64,000 nt of DNA from Mobula hypostoma (GCF_963921235.1 NC_086097.1:151096001-151160000), one strand, 5' to 3'; counted from the stretch's first letter, positions 52,276 through 64,000 are shown. Numbers and translations are program-made. Notes: generated by a model not told the origin, from the sequence alone.

Positions 52276-52339
52276 TTTCTGTTCAAACCACTCTATAAAG
52301 ATGATAAATCTAAACTATCTTTCAGAAATCTGTGTTAAC

Positions 52340-52608
52340 CTGCAGTGAAGCCTATATTTTGCCGTCTCATATTACAGACAGATCGTGCACACAGAAGAGT
52401 TAGTTGCGCTCTTTAATTAAGGCCAAATGTGGCATGAGAAAGATGGTGTTTGGGGTATGATAACCACGTGCAGGATAGCAGGCATTTTAAAATATAAATG
52501 ATCAATTCCGCAATGCTTTCTTTTTCTGTTTGTAATAACTATAGCTTTCAAACAATGTCCATTTTGCGTGACAATAATTTACAATGGAATTGCAGACAGT
52601 ACAATTAT
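52340..52608 (-). pseudogene. Candidate 269-nt exon
   Basis: Acceptor ccctttcctgatcatggcttcag|, reads IIVLSAIPL*IIVTQNGHCLK..MPAILHVVIIPQTP with three stops, donor AG|gttaac (weak). Confidence 0.35.
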
Positions 52609-53402
52609 CTGAAGCCATGATCAGGAAAGGGCAAAATTTGCAAGATTTATTTATTTATATTAATGGATAGGCAAAAGATTCACAAGTTGATAAAATGAGA
52701 ACATTAAAATAGTATGTAAAAATAAAAGGCGAGTATTTGATGTGCATGCACAAATGCAGTTTCTAAAACATCCAATCATTTTACAGTGAAGTTTTATTTC
52801 TAATAGGGCTCATTTGCGGGGAGACAGCAGCAGGTTTTCTGGCTGACCTTCCCCTCCACAGCCAAAGAATACTGAAAATGACACAGGTTCTCCTGGGAGA
52901 TGGTGGAAGCAGTATTGATTCATTCAAATGCAAATTAGATAGATTCTCTCAGAAAGTAACATTTGGGATACAGTATATGAATAATTTGAAAAATGACTTG
53001 TGGTAATATAACATGTTTGGGTGGAAAAGGTGACTTTGATTCTATTGCTCTGACTAGCGTCTTCTTGTTTCTTCACTGTGTAGTGTAGTTTACTTGTTTA
53101 AGACTGGAGATGGCGGTATGATTAATCAACAATTCCATTATCATTATATAGTTTGAAGACCAATATAGTAAAAGCCAAACAGGATCAACATAAATGTTTT
53201 ACATTCCACTCTTCCCATACAAATCAGGCTCAACTCTAATGAATTTGACCGCACCCATATTAATATTTTAACAAATAAAGAACACAGCACAGGAACAGGC
53301 CCTTCAGCTCACAACACCTGCACCAACTATGGTGCCAGTCTGAACCAATACCATCTGCCTGAACAAAGACTAAATCTCTTTATTTTTTGCCTTTTCATAC
53401 AA

Positions 53403-54040
53403 ACCATAAGACATAGGAGCAGAATTGGGCTACTTGGCCCTTTAAGTCTGCTTCACCATTCAACCATGGCTGATTTATCTTCCCTCTCAATCCATTCTCC
53501 TGCCTTCTCCCCATAACCTTTGACATCCTTACTAATTAAGAACCTATCAACCTCCGCTTTAAATATACCTAATAACTTGGCATCCACTACCATCTGTGGT
53601 GATGAATTTCACAGATTCATCACTCTCTGGCTAAAGAAATTCCTCCTGATTTCTTTTCTAAAGGATGTCCTTCTGTTCTGAGGCTGTGATCTATGGTTTC
53701 TCCCATTACTGGAAATGTCCTCCCCACATCCACTCTATCTAGACCTTTCAATATTCAGTAGGTTTCAATGAGATGCCCATCATTCTTCTAAGCCCCAGTG
53801 AGTAGAGGCCCAGAGTCATTATATGCTTCTCATATCTTAACCCTTTCATTCCATGTATCATTCTTGTAAATCTCCCATGGACCCTCACAACACTCTAAAT
53901 GTGGTCTAAACAATGCCTTACAAATCCTCATCATTATATCCTTGCTTTTATATACTGCTTGTCTCGCAATGAATGTTAACATTGCATTTATCTTCCTTAC
54001 TATTGACTCAACCTGCCAGTTAAACTGTAGTCCCTGCAAA
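53403..54040 (-). mobile_element. CR1 3' fragment
   Basis: QVESIVRKINAML..KALFRPHLEC; tail accataagacataggagcag. Confidence 0.9.
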
Positions 54041-54312
54041 CTATTTTCTCACATGCTCATGGAATCCTCTTTTGATTTATTTCACATTTATCCACATTAC
54101 TGAGTAATATAGTGTACCCGGATGAAATCTATCTTATCACAGGGAGAACCTGAAAACTCGATACGGACGTAACCAAAGGGCAGAACTGAAGTCAGATCCC
54201 TGGAGCTAACATTTTCAGCAATATGCTGCCCTTAATCTCAGTGAAAGCTTTGACTGAATGTTTAGTTCCTCTCCTATTGTTTCCTTCCTTGACTCAGAAT
54301 TCTTTTCTTTAC

Positions 54313-54814
54313 CTGATTGTTAAACATCTTTAATAAACTTCAAAGGTCCCATATAAAAATAAGGCTCTTCTGGGTATGTTCAAGTGAAATCGTCTGCTTT
54401 TCAACATTCCATAGAACCTGGCGTTCACCTGAAGAAGCTGAAGATTGCACTAAATATATACCCATAAAACTCTATCTACATGAGAACATTAGTACTGATC
54501 TAGCTTCTTAAATTTGGAACTTCTAGGCGTAGATTTTAACTCTCATCATTAATGTTTGTTTTTTTGTTACATATGGAATTCACAAGGATATAATGTGAGG
54601 CATGCTTAGGAAGCTGCCGAGTTGGTTGCATTTATACAAAAATAGGATTGCATTAACTTGCCATCCATGAGAAAGTTCCTTGCATGGCATTAAATCCAAT
54701 TTCCATTATCCAGTGGGTAAAACTGTACCTGTGAATCAGCTATGGGGCTCTGCAGGACTAGTAGAAGAACACGAACTCTACACACTGTCTAGCAAACTCC
54801 AAACTTCTAATGAA
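54313..54814 (-). pseudogene. Two candidate exons (54729-54814, 86 nt; 54313-54428, 116 nt)
   Basis: cctttcttctatattgcag|..CAG|gtacag and cttcagcttcttcag|..CAG|gtaaag; the chained frame reads SLEVWSLLDSV*SSCSSTSPAEPHS*FTGERQVLWNVEKQTISLEHTQKSLIFIWDL*SLLKMFNNQ. Confidence 0.5.
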
Positions 54815-55227
54815 CTGCAATATAGAAGAAAGGCATGTTCTCACATTCAATGAAATAATGGCTGATCCATATCTATCAGCTTTGAATTCCAAACAGATAA
54901 AAAAAAATCTATCAACCTGTTTCCTTTTTTAATTAAACTGGCCTTGCAGCTTTATGACTCAGAAAATTTCCAATTTCTGCTCCCTTTTGGCAAAAGAAGT
55001 ATTTTCTGACATCATCTCTAAATGGTATAATTTTGACATGATTTAAAGAGTACCGACAAAAAAAATCATTGACCTGTGATGTTAACTTTCTCCATAGGTG
55101 TTGTCAGACCTGAGCTTTCAGCATTTTTTTACTGTAATTTCAGATATCCAGCACTTGCAGGATTTTGTTTCTGTGTTAACATGCACCCATGTTCTGGATT
55201 TGCCTGGCAATAGTTTATCTCAATCTA

Positions 55228-55503
55228 ACATTTGGGAACAGCTTCCTTCCAACTGTGATAAGACTGCTGAACGGACCCTGACCCGGATCTGGGCCGTACC
55301 CTCCAAATATCCGGACCTGCTTCTCTGTTTTTTTGCACTACCTTACTTTCCATTTTTCTATTTTCTATTTATGATTTATAATTAAAATTTTTAATATTTA
55401 CTATCAATTTGTAATCCAGGGAGCAGGAAGCACAGAATCAAATATCGCTGTGATGATTGTACGATCTAGTATCAATTGTTTAGTGACAATAAAGTATAAA
55501 GTA
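55228..55503 (+). mobile_element. Short copy of the Rex/Babar 3' end seen at 50445-50725
   Basis: Near-identical atttgggaacagcttc..ctgctgaacgga..gacaataaagtataaagta. Confidence 0.92.
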
Positions 55504-56394
55504 CATGCCAAATTTTTAAATTGTTTTAAGGACTTTATTTAGATCACCTCTTAATCTGACATACAAAACAAATTTTTGGAAGTATATCAATACATTACTG
55601 TGTGCTGTGTGCTCAAATTCCAAACAGGGATTATCACCAACTTCATTTGGCTTACAAGGGACAGTTACACCTACATTTTTTTATAATTTAAAACTGAGAG
55701 GTTTTTTTTAAACAACAGTAATAAATAGTTGAAAAATAGTCAAACAGAGAAACAGAAAGACAGATTTACAAAATGGCCATTGAAATTAAACTGTTCCAAT
55801 GCCTTAGCAAGAAGGCTCAACTTGCTCACTTGCAATGTTGAATTATAATTGATGCATCATTATATTATTTTCAAAGTGATTTCATACAAGGGTATATACC
55901 AGTCATTTCTCTAGGGAAATATTCTCAATTGTCCACCATAACCTTTGCAAGAGATCACCCAAGTAAAACCCAAGTAAAAGTATAGATCTGCTAAAGATTA
56001 GTTGATGTCAGTCTTGCTGCTGAATTAAATGGTTTATCCCACTGGTTTATCCAGAAAATTAAAAGGAAAAAATATATTTTTTTCAGAAATAATGACTTTT
56101 GATTGAAGGAGTCTATAATCCTCTAAAGTCATTGTAAAAGATCCCATTGCACAATTTAAACATGGGTACAGTGGTGCTGCCTAACGTCTAAGTTCAGTCC
56201 TGACCTCCAGTGCTACCTTTGTGGAGTTTGCATGTACAGTATGCATATTTAGAGGCAATGTCAGAAAATACTTCTTTTGCCAAAGGGCAGCAAAATTTGG
56301 TAATTTTGCCTGCTTTCCTCTGAAATCCTAATGATATGCTTTTTGGGAGGTTAATTCACTGCTGTAGATTGTGTAGGTGAGTGATGAAATCAGA

Positions 56395-57480
56395 GTTATA
56401 CAGCACAGAAACAGGACCTACAACGTAACTTATCCATGCTGACCAAGCTACCTCCCTGAGTTAGTCTTCATTAATCTGCCCATGTCCTGCTAAACATTTC
56501 ATATCCATGCTCCCTCCCAAATGCCTATTAAATATTGTAATTGTACCTGCCTCTACCATTTCCTCTGGCAGCTCATTCCATTTATCCAGCACTTTCTGTG
56601 AGAAAAAAAACTACCCCTCAGATTTCCTATGAATCTTTCTTCTCTCACTTTAATCCTAAGACCCCAGTAATATATCCATCAGCACTGGGAAAGTGGCTGA
56701 GCTCATCCGCTTTATTTATACCCCTCATGATTTTACAAGACTCTATATGGTCACCCCATCAGCCTTGCTAAGGTCAGGGAAAGCAGCCTATCTAGTCTCT
56801 CCTTGTAACTCAAGCTGTCCAGACTCAGCAACAACTTTGTCTACATCATCTTTAGTTTAGTCATATCTTTCCTATGATATGGTGACCAGAACTGCACACA
56901 ATATTCCAAATGCAGTCTCACCAGCATCTTGCACTGCTGTTACATAATGTCCCATTCTTGCACTCCAAGGCTCCTCTGATTAAAGTAAGCATACGACATC
57001 TATACTTCATAACTTTGCATATGCCTGTCAACACTTTCAGGGGACTATGTACTATCTCAAGATCTCCCTGTTCTACAGCGCTCCACAGCGTTCTGTCTTT
57101 TACAGTGTATGACCTGCTCAAGCATAAATTCTCACTGAACTTATCTGAATTAAATTCCATTTGCCCTTTCTTTGTCCGCTTTCTCAGTTGAACTAGATCC
57201 TATATACCAAGGCAACCTTCTTCACAATCCACCACTCAACAAATTTTGGTGCCATCTGTGAACTAACCATGCCACCTACATTCTGGACCAAAGCTTTAAT
57301 ATATATGACAACGACATGCTCCAGTATCGATCCTTGTGCACCTCACTATTCACAGGGCTCCAAACTGAGGAAAAAAATTCTCTATTAGCAATCTCTAATT
57401 CCTTCCACAAGCCAATTTTCTATCGAATTGGCTAGATGACCATGGATCCCATGTGATCTCACCCTTCTGGACCCGTCTAG
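56395..57480 (-). mobile_element. Old CR1 RT-to-tail fragment, preceded by a SINE fragment at 56165-56390
   Basis: MEFNSDK..VEQGDLEIVHSPLKV and tail agagttatacagcacagaaacagg. Confidence 0.8.
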
Positions 57481-57615
57481 AAGGCATGTAGACAACTAGA
57501 TCTGTGGGGTGTTGATGGCAAATATGGGAAGACTAGGCTACAGGAAAAAAACTTCCATGCTGTAAGGAATTATGGTAAAGGAAGTTCTCCGAATTCACAC
57601 CAAGAAATGTCTCAC

Positions 57616-57900
57616 CGAACAATGGCTATTGAGTTTATTTCAGTACTTTTTGTGGAAGTTTCCTTCATTAGAACAATGATTTCACTTTCAAGGTACTTAA
57701 TGGCTGTCAAAGTGCTTTGGCATACCAAGCCAAATGTTTTCTGTACCAGTTGAAATATTAATATTGTTTTCCTTTCTACAGGTGTTCCCTGACTTTCCTT
57801 CATTTATTCATATCATCACTTCTCACTCTTAAAAGTCTGCAGATTTATGTTACCCTATTCATTTCTGTCACTGAAAGACTCCAGTTCCCTTTAAGATGCC
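57616..57900 (-). pseudogene. Candidate 285-nt exon
   Basis: Acceptor tgatcattttgtatatttcag|, donor CG|gtgaga. The last 62 codons are open (MKESQGTP..NSIAIVR) and the first third has five stops. Confidence 0.45.
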
Positions 57901-58604
57901 CTGAAATATACAAAATGATCAGCAAATAAAATAAGAAAATAACTGATTTGTACATAAACTGAAGGTCATCCTTCGTAATCCTGCAACAGCTTTGCAACTT
58001 AATCTGTGATATCCTTTAAGAACAAATAGAACATTTCAAAAACTGCACAGGATTATGTTTGTTTGGCATTCTCCTAAACATAAATCCAAGAGGATTTACA
58101 GTTTGCCCTGCAGGATACATTCTAAAAATGCTTAAAACTTCTTCTAGTTGATTGTAGCATATGTTAACCTTTCAATAGCTACAGTAAATTGAATGCAACA
58201 TTTCTACGAGAGAGAATTATCCTTGAGCGCCTGATGTAGCCAAATAAGTGATGAGTGTCAAAGATCGGCAGGGGGTGGGTAGGGTAGGGGTGGGAGAAGT
58301 ATAATTTACATATGTTTGTAGATTTTACACAGAATTAAGAAGAAGTCTTTGGTAGGCTAACTGATCACTTGTCCTGAGTATTGAGATGAGGGATAGAATA
58401 AAGAAAGTTGGTGAAAATGTTGGGAGATTAAAATACGTAGTTCCTGGTAAGATTGTTGAAGTGCTGGAATGGCCTACTCCACATTGTATCTCAATAGGTA
58501 AATAACTATCAAGCACACATGTTTCATCAATCTTACCAGGAGCTACACACATAAAAATTGCTGGTGAACACAGCAGGCCAGGCAGCATCTATAGGAAGAG
58601 GTAC

Positions 58605-58640
58605 AGTCTACGTTTCGGGCCGAGACCCTCCGTCAGGACT
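58605..58640 (-). ncRNA. Hammerhead ribozyme motif, mutated copy
   Basis: AGUC-CUGACGG-aGGGUCUCGGCCC-GAAAC-GUA-GACU: A9 is replaced by G and the cleavage triplet is GUA. Confidence 0.75.
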
Positions 58641-59427
58641 AACTGAAGGAAGAGATAGTAAGAGATTTGAAAATGGGAGGGGGAGGGGAAATCCGAAATG
58701 ATAGGAGAAGACAGGAGGGGGAGGGATCTGGAAAGTTGATTGGCAAAGGGAATATGAGAGGATCATGGGATGGGAGGCCTAGGGAGAAAGAAGGGGGGAG
58801 AGGGGAAGCCCAGAGGATGGGCAAGGAGTATAGTGAGAGGGACAGAGGGAGAAAAAGGAGACGGGAGAGAATGAATGAATGAATACATAAATAAATTACG
58901 GATGGGGTACAAAGGGAAGGTGGGGCATTATTGGAAGTTAGAGAAGTCAATGTTCATGCCATCAGGTTGGAGGCTACCCAGACGGAATATAAGGTGTTGT
59001 TCCTCCAACCTGAGTGTGGCGTCATCTTTACAGTAGAGGAGGCCGTGGATAGACATATCAGAATGGGAATGGGACGTGGAATTAAAATGTGTGCCCTCTG
59101 GGAGATCCTGCTTTCTCATGCATGACCATTGACTTCTCTAACTTCCGTTAATGCCCCAACTTCCCTTCGTACCTCATCCGTTATCTATTCATTTATTTTT
59201 TTTCTCTCTCCTTTTTCTCCCTCTGTCCCTCTCACTATACTCCTTGCCCATCCTCTGGGCTTCCGTCCCCGCCCTACTTTCTCCCTAGGCCTCCCATCCC
59301 ATGATCCTCTCACATTCCCTTTGCCAATCAACTTTCCAGATCCCTCCCCCTCCTGTCTTCTCCTATCATTTCGGATCTCCCCCTCCCCCTCCCACTTTCA
59401 AATCTCTTACTATCTCTTCTTTCAGTT

Positions 59428-59463
59428 AGTCCTGACGAAGGGTCCCGGCCCGAAACGTCGACT
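59428..59463 (+). ncRNA. Minimal type I hammerhead ribozyme, intact core
   Basis: AGUC-CUGACGA-aGGGUCCCGGCCC-GAAAC-GUC-GACU: stem I AGUC/GACU, stem II GGGU/GCCC, palindromic ACGU stem III. Confidence 0.88.
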
Positions 59464-59839
59464 GTACCTCTTCCTATAGATGCTGCCTGGCCTGCTGCAT
59501 TCACCAGCAATTTTTATGTGTGTTGCTTGAAATTCCAGCATCTGCAGACCTCCTCTTGTTTACCAGGAGCTATATATTTTATTCTCCCAACATTTTCATC
59601 AACTCTTTCTTTATTCTACCCCTCATCTCTACATTGGGGACAAGTGATCAATTAAACTACCAAAGAATTCTTCTTAATTCTGTGTAAAATCTACAAACAT
59701 GTAAATTATACTTCTCCCACCCTTATCCCCTCCTCCCGATCTTTGATACTCATCACTTCTTTGGCCACATCAGGCGTTCAAGGATAATTCTCTCTCATAG
59801 AAATATTGCATTCAATTTACTGTAGCTATTGAAATAGCT

Positions 59840-60026
59840 AGGATCCTAGCCTAATCATGGGAAAATTTGCAATGGCCAATTAAACTACTAACCTATACTT
59901 TGGACTGTGGGAAGAATGTACTATTTGGATGTGGAGAATGTACTCTTCTAGGCAGCAGCTGGAATTGAACCTGATTCACCTGTACTGTAAAGTGTTGTGC
60001 TAACCACTACGTTTCCATGCCGCCCT
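59840..60026 (-). mobile_element. V-SINE-type fragment
   Basis: ctttggactgtgggaag..ggaattgaacc..gctaaccactac. Confidence 0.65.
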
Positions 60027-60371
60027 AATGGACTCAGTAGTTCGAAAGGTCTTTATCAATGCTGTACCTTTTGCTGACTCCCGGTAAAGTTGCTCTACAC
60101 TAAATAAGCCCCAGAAATGGTTGAATGACATTTGTTTTTACTGAAGTACATTTGATGGCCAGGATTCAGAAAGAAATTCTCTCCACTTTGTCAAATTGTC
60201 CTGTGAGATTTACATTTGCCACAGGAGGTGTATAGAGATTGTGATCCTTGATATCAACAGCCCCTTGCTTCTTGCATGCAATCACCACTTAGTCACTCTT
60301 CGGTGATCGCATACATACATAGGGGGTTAATATTTTTGAGCCACCGATACTTTTGATGTCAGATTGTTAAC

Positions 60372-60487
60372 CTCAAATGTTAATATTTTTTCCCGTTCCA
60401 CAAATCCTTCCCAATTTGCTGAGTATTCCAGTATTTACTGCATTAATAAAAATTGGACCTCTCCATAAGAGGAAGGTGTATTGTGGA
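60372..60487 (-). pseudogene. Candidate 116-nt exon
   Basis: Acceptor atgtcagcttttgcag|, reads HNTPSSYGEVQFLLMQ*ILEYSANWEGFVEREKILTFE, donor GAG|gttaac. Its phase does not join directly to 57900. Confidence 0.3.
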
Positions 60488-60589
60488 CTGCAAAAGCTGA
60501 CATGAAGCTGTGATTCTGTTAATGATGACTTTGTCTGGGAGAGCAGAGGTTCCTTGAAGGACATGGTGCAGGATGGAGCGAAGGAATGA

Positions 60590-63500
60590 GGTATTTTCTT
60601 CGGCAGTTTGAACGGGGCACGACTGCGCATGCGCGTGAAAGTCAGCCTGTGAGACAGCAGGAGAGTTTAAAAAGCGAGCAGATTGAGAAGGGGTGGTCAT
60701 TTCTTTGGCAATTTGAACAGGGCACGACTGCGCAAGCATGTAAAAGTCGGCCCGTGAGACAGCGGGAGAGTTTAAAAAGTGAGCAGATTAACGGAGCAGG
60801 CGTTGCATGAGTGGGCGACATAGTAGTGGGAGACAGAGTAGGAAGGCTTTGGTTCCAGAGGCTTTGGTGAGCAGAGGCTGAGGACCAGTTTGCTCCCAGT
60901 GTGGTAAGGCCAGATAAGTTCCTTTAATAACTCTAATTAACTTGGGAATAAGTAATGGAGGCAGCAGTTAGGGCAGTCGTGTGCTCCATTTGCAGTATGT
61001 GGGAAGTCAGGGCGAGCACAATCGTCCCTGATGACTACACCTGTAAAAGGTGCATCCAGCTGCAGCTCCTGACAAACCGAGTTAGGGAACTGGAGCTGGA
61101 GCTGGATGAACTTTGGATCATTTGTGAGGCAGAGGCAGAAATAAACAGGAGTTACAGGGAGATAGTCACCCCTAAAAGTCAGGAGACAGGTAACTGGGTG
61201 ACTGTCAGGAGAGGGAAGGGGAATAGACTGAAAGAGCAGAGCACTCCTGTGGCCATTCCCATCAACAATAAGTATACCATTTTGGATACTGTTGGTGGGG
61301 ATGACCTACGAGGGACAAGTTGCAGTGGTTGCATCCCTGGCACCGAGACTGGACCCTCAGCTCAGAAGGGAAGGAGGGAAAGAGAAGAGAAGTAGTGATA
61401 GGGGATTCGATAGTTAGGGGGACAGACAAGAGGTTCTGTGGAAGAGATCGAGAATCCTGGATGGTCTGTTGCCTCCCTGGTGCCAGGGTCCGCGATATCT
61501 CAGATCGAGTTCTCAGTATTCTCAAGAGGGAGGGTGAGCAGCCAGATGTCATAGTCCATGTAGGGACCAATGACGTGGATAGGAAGGAGGAGGAGGTCCT
61601 GCAAAGAGAGTTTAGGGAATTAGGTGCAAAGTTGAAGGACAGAACCTCCAGTGTTGCAATCTCAGGATTGCTACCCGTGCCATGTGCTAGTGAGGCTAGA
61701 AGTAGGAAGATAATGCAGCTAAATACGTGGCTAAGGAGTTGGTGCAGGAGGGAGGGCTTCATGTTTCTGGACAATTGGGCCTTGTTCCAGGGAAGGTGGG
61801 ACCTGTTCCGACTGGATGGGTTGCACCTGAACTGCAACGGAGACTAACATCCTTGCGGGAAGGTTTGATATTGCTGCTCCGGGGGGGTTTAAACGAGATT
61901 TGCAGGGAGAGGGGAACCAGAGTGTTAGAGCAGATAGTGAGGTGGAGGAGGATAAAGATCATGTGAAAATTGCAAGTATAGTGCATGGATTAAAGCCAGA
62001 TCTAACATATAAAGAGGCTTTGAGGAAAGAGAAACAGGATAAAGGGTGTAAAGGTAGTAAGGTAGAAGGGCTGAAGTGTGTGTACCTCAATGCAAGAAGC
62101 ATCAGGAACAAAGGTGATGAACTGAGAGCTTGGATACATACATGGAATTATGAGGTAGTGGCCATTACAGAGACTTGGCTGGCACCAGGGCAGGAATAGA
62201 TTCTCAATATTCCTGGATTTCAGTGCTTTAAAAGGGATAGAGAGGGCGGAAAAAGGGGAGGAGGCGTGGCATTACTGGTCAGGGATACTATTACAGCTAC
62301 AGAAAGGGTGGGCAATGTAGCAGGATCCTCTTTTGAGTCAGTATGGGTAGAAGTCAGGAACAGGAAGGGAGCAGTTACTCTATTGGGAGTATTCTACAGG
62401 CCCCCTGTTAGCAGCAGAGATACCGAGGAGCAGACTGGGAGGCAGATTTTGGAAAGGTGTAAAAATAACAGGGTTGTTGTCATGGGTGACTTTAACTTCC
62501 CTAACATTGATTGGCACCTGATTAGTTCCAAGGGTTTAGATGTGGCAGGGTTTGTTAAGTGTGTCCAGCACAGATTCCTGTCACAGTATGTGGACAGGCC
62601 AACTAGGGGGAATGCCATACTAGATCTAGTATTAGGTAACAAACCGGGTCAGGTCACAGATCTCTCAGTGGGTGAGCATCTGGGGGACAGTGACCACCGC
62701 TCCCTTGCCTTTAACATTATCATGGAAAAACATAGAATCAGAGCGGACAGGAAAATTTTTAATTGGGGAAGGGCAATTTATGAGGCTATAAGGCTAGAAC
62801 TTGCGGGTGTGAGTTGGGATGATGTTTTTGCAGGGAAATGTACTATGGACATGTGGTCAATGTTTAGGGATCTCTTGCAGGATGTAGGGATAAATTTGTC
62901 CCAGTAAGGAAGATAAAGAATGGTATGGTGAAGGAACCATGGGTGACAAGTGAGGTGGAAAATCTAGTCAGATGGAAGAAGGCCGCATACATGAGATTAG
63001 GAAGCAAGGATCAGATGGGTCTATTGAGGAATATAGGGTAGCAAGAAAGGAGCTTAAGAAGGGGCTGAGAAGAGCAAGAAGGGGGCATGAGAAGCCCTTG
63101 GCGAGTAGGGTAAAGGAAAACCCCAAGGCATTCTTCAATTATGTGAAGAACAAAAGGTTGACAGGAGTGAAGATAGGACCGATTAGAGATAAAGGTGGGA
63201 AGTTGTGCCTGGAGGCTGTGGAAGTGAGCGAGGCCCTCAAAGAATACTTCGCTTCAGTATTCACCAATAAGAGAGAACTTGATGACGGTGAGGACACTAT
63301 GAGTGAGGTTGATGTTCTGGAGCATGTTGATATTAAGGGGGAAGAAGTGATGGAGTTGTTAAAAAACATTAGGAAAGATAAGTCCCCGAGGTCTGATGGA
63401 ATATTCCCTAGGCTGCTCCATGAGGTGAGAGAAGAGATTGCTGAGCCTCTGGCTAAGATCTTTATGTCCTTGTTGTCCACGGGAATGGTATCAGAGGACT

Positions 63501-64000
63501 GGAGGGAGGCCAATGTTGTCCCCTTGTTCAAAAAAGGTAGTAGGGATGGTTAGGGTAATTACAGACCAGTGAGCCTTATGTCTGTAGTGGGAAAGCTGTT
63601 GGAAAAGATTCTCAGAGATAGGATCTATGGGCATTTTGAGAATCATGGTCTGATCAGGGACAGTCAGTATGGTTTTGTGAAGGGCAGATCGTGTCTAACA
63701 AATCTGATAGGGTTCTTTGAGGAGGTGACCAGGCATATAGATGAGGGTAGTGCAGTGGATGTGATCTACATGGATTTTAGTAAGGCATTTGACAAGGTAC
63801 CACATGGTAGGCTTTTTCAGAAAGTCAGAAGGCATGGGATCCCGGGAAGTTTGGCCAGGTGGATTTAGAATTGGCTTGCCTGCAGAAGGCAGAGGGTGGT
63901 GGTGGAGGGAGTACATTCAGATTGGAGGATTGTGACTAGTGGTGTCCCCGGTTCTGGGACCTCTACTTTTCGTGATTTTTATTAACGACCTGGATGTGGG
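60590..64000 (+). mobile_element. Near full-length CR1 LINE (5' UTR, ORF1 zinc finger/coiled coil/SGNH esterase, ORF2 APE-RT), disabled, runs off the window
   Basis: CSICSMW..CKRC, IGDSIVRG..VHVGTND..DGLHLN, YLNARSIRNK..ITETWL, MGDFNFPNIDW, SDH and DFSKAFDKVPH; several stops and frameshifts. Confidence 0.96.

Larger units (their letters stand above)
58546..59559. mobile_element. Penelope-like element fragment with inverted pseudo-LTRs
   Basis: GIY-YIG C-terminus HFNSTSHSHSDMSIHGLL..LEEQHLIFRLGSLQPDGMNIDF (58928-59119), arms 58546-58950 / 59128-59522, and a 13-bp TSD ttaccaggagcta. Confidence 0.93.
58170..59834. repeat. Imperfect inverted repeat with arms of about 290 bp; right arm split by a Penelope insertion
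   Basis: 58170-58455 is the reverse complement of 58528-58545 plus 59573-59834 (for example tttcaatagctacagtaaattgaatgcaa / ttgcattcaatttactgtagctattgaaa). Confidence 0.93.

Noticed and set aside
52800..53000. Ancient conserved SINE or enhancer
   Set aside because: Looks like an eroded CR1-type tail, but neither family nor conservation can be established without a search.
61320..61847. SGNH esterase ORF as a host lipase gene (also 51433-51699)
   Set aside because: It is the normal ORF1 esterase of CR1 LINEs, in line with APE and RT, and is frameshifted.
1..64000. CRISPR arrays, prokaryotic operons or defence systems
   Set aside because: Eukaryotic repeat-rich DNA with no repeat-spacer periodicity and no intact gene clusters.

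Overview
Repeat-dense vertebrate genomic DNA. The repeat families (CR1/HER1-type LINEs, HE1/V-SINE-type SINEs, Penelope hairpins) point to a cartilaginous fish, probably a ray or shark; this is inferred, not proven. No intact host gene, rRNA, tRNA or CRISPR array is visible, and nearly all listed ORFs are decayed transposon fragments. Elements seen: many CR1 pieces (one near full-length copy at 60.6-64 kb), Rex/Babar-type, L1 and Tx1 LINE fragments, a HERO-like RLE retrotransposon, three Gypsy elements, two copies of a non-autonomous hAT element carrying a CR1 tail, and Penelope-like elements with hammerhead ribozyme motifs. The unique AT-rich DNA between repeats holds a dozen or so minus-strand segments bounded by canonical AG/GT splice sites. 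They chain into a stop-interrupted reading frame with a C2-domain-like stretch, suggesting an unannotated multi-exon pseudogene across about 11.7-60.5 kb. Repeat boundaries are approximate unless TSDs or termini are quoted.
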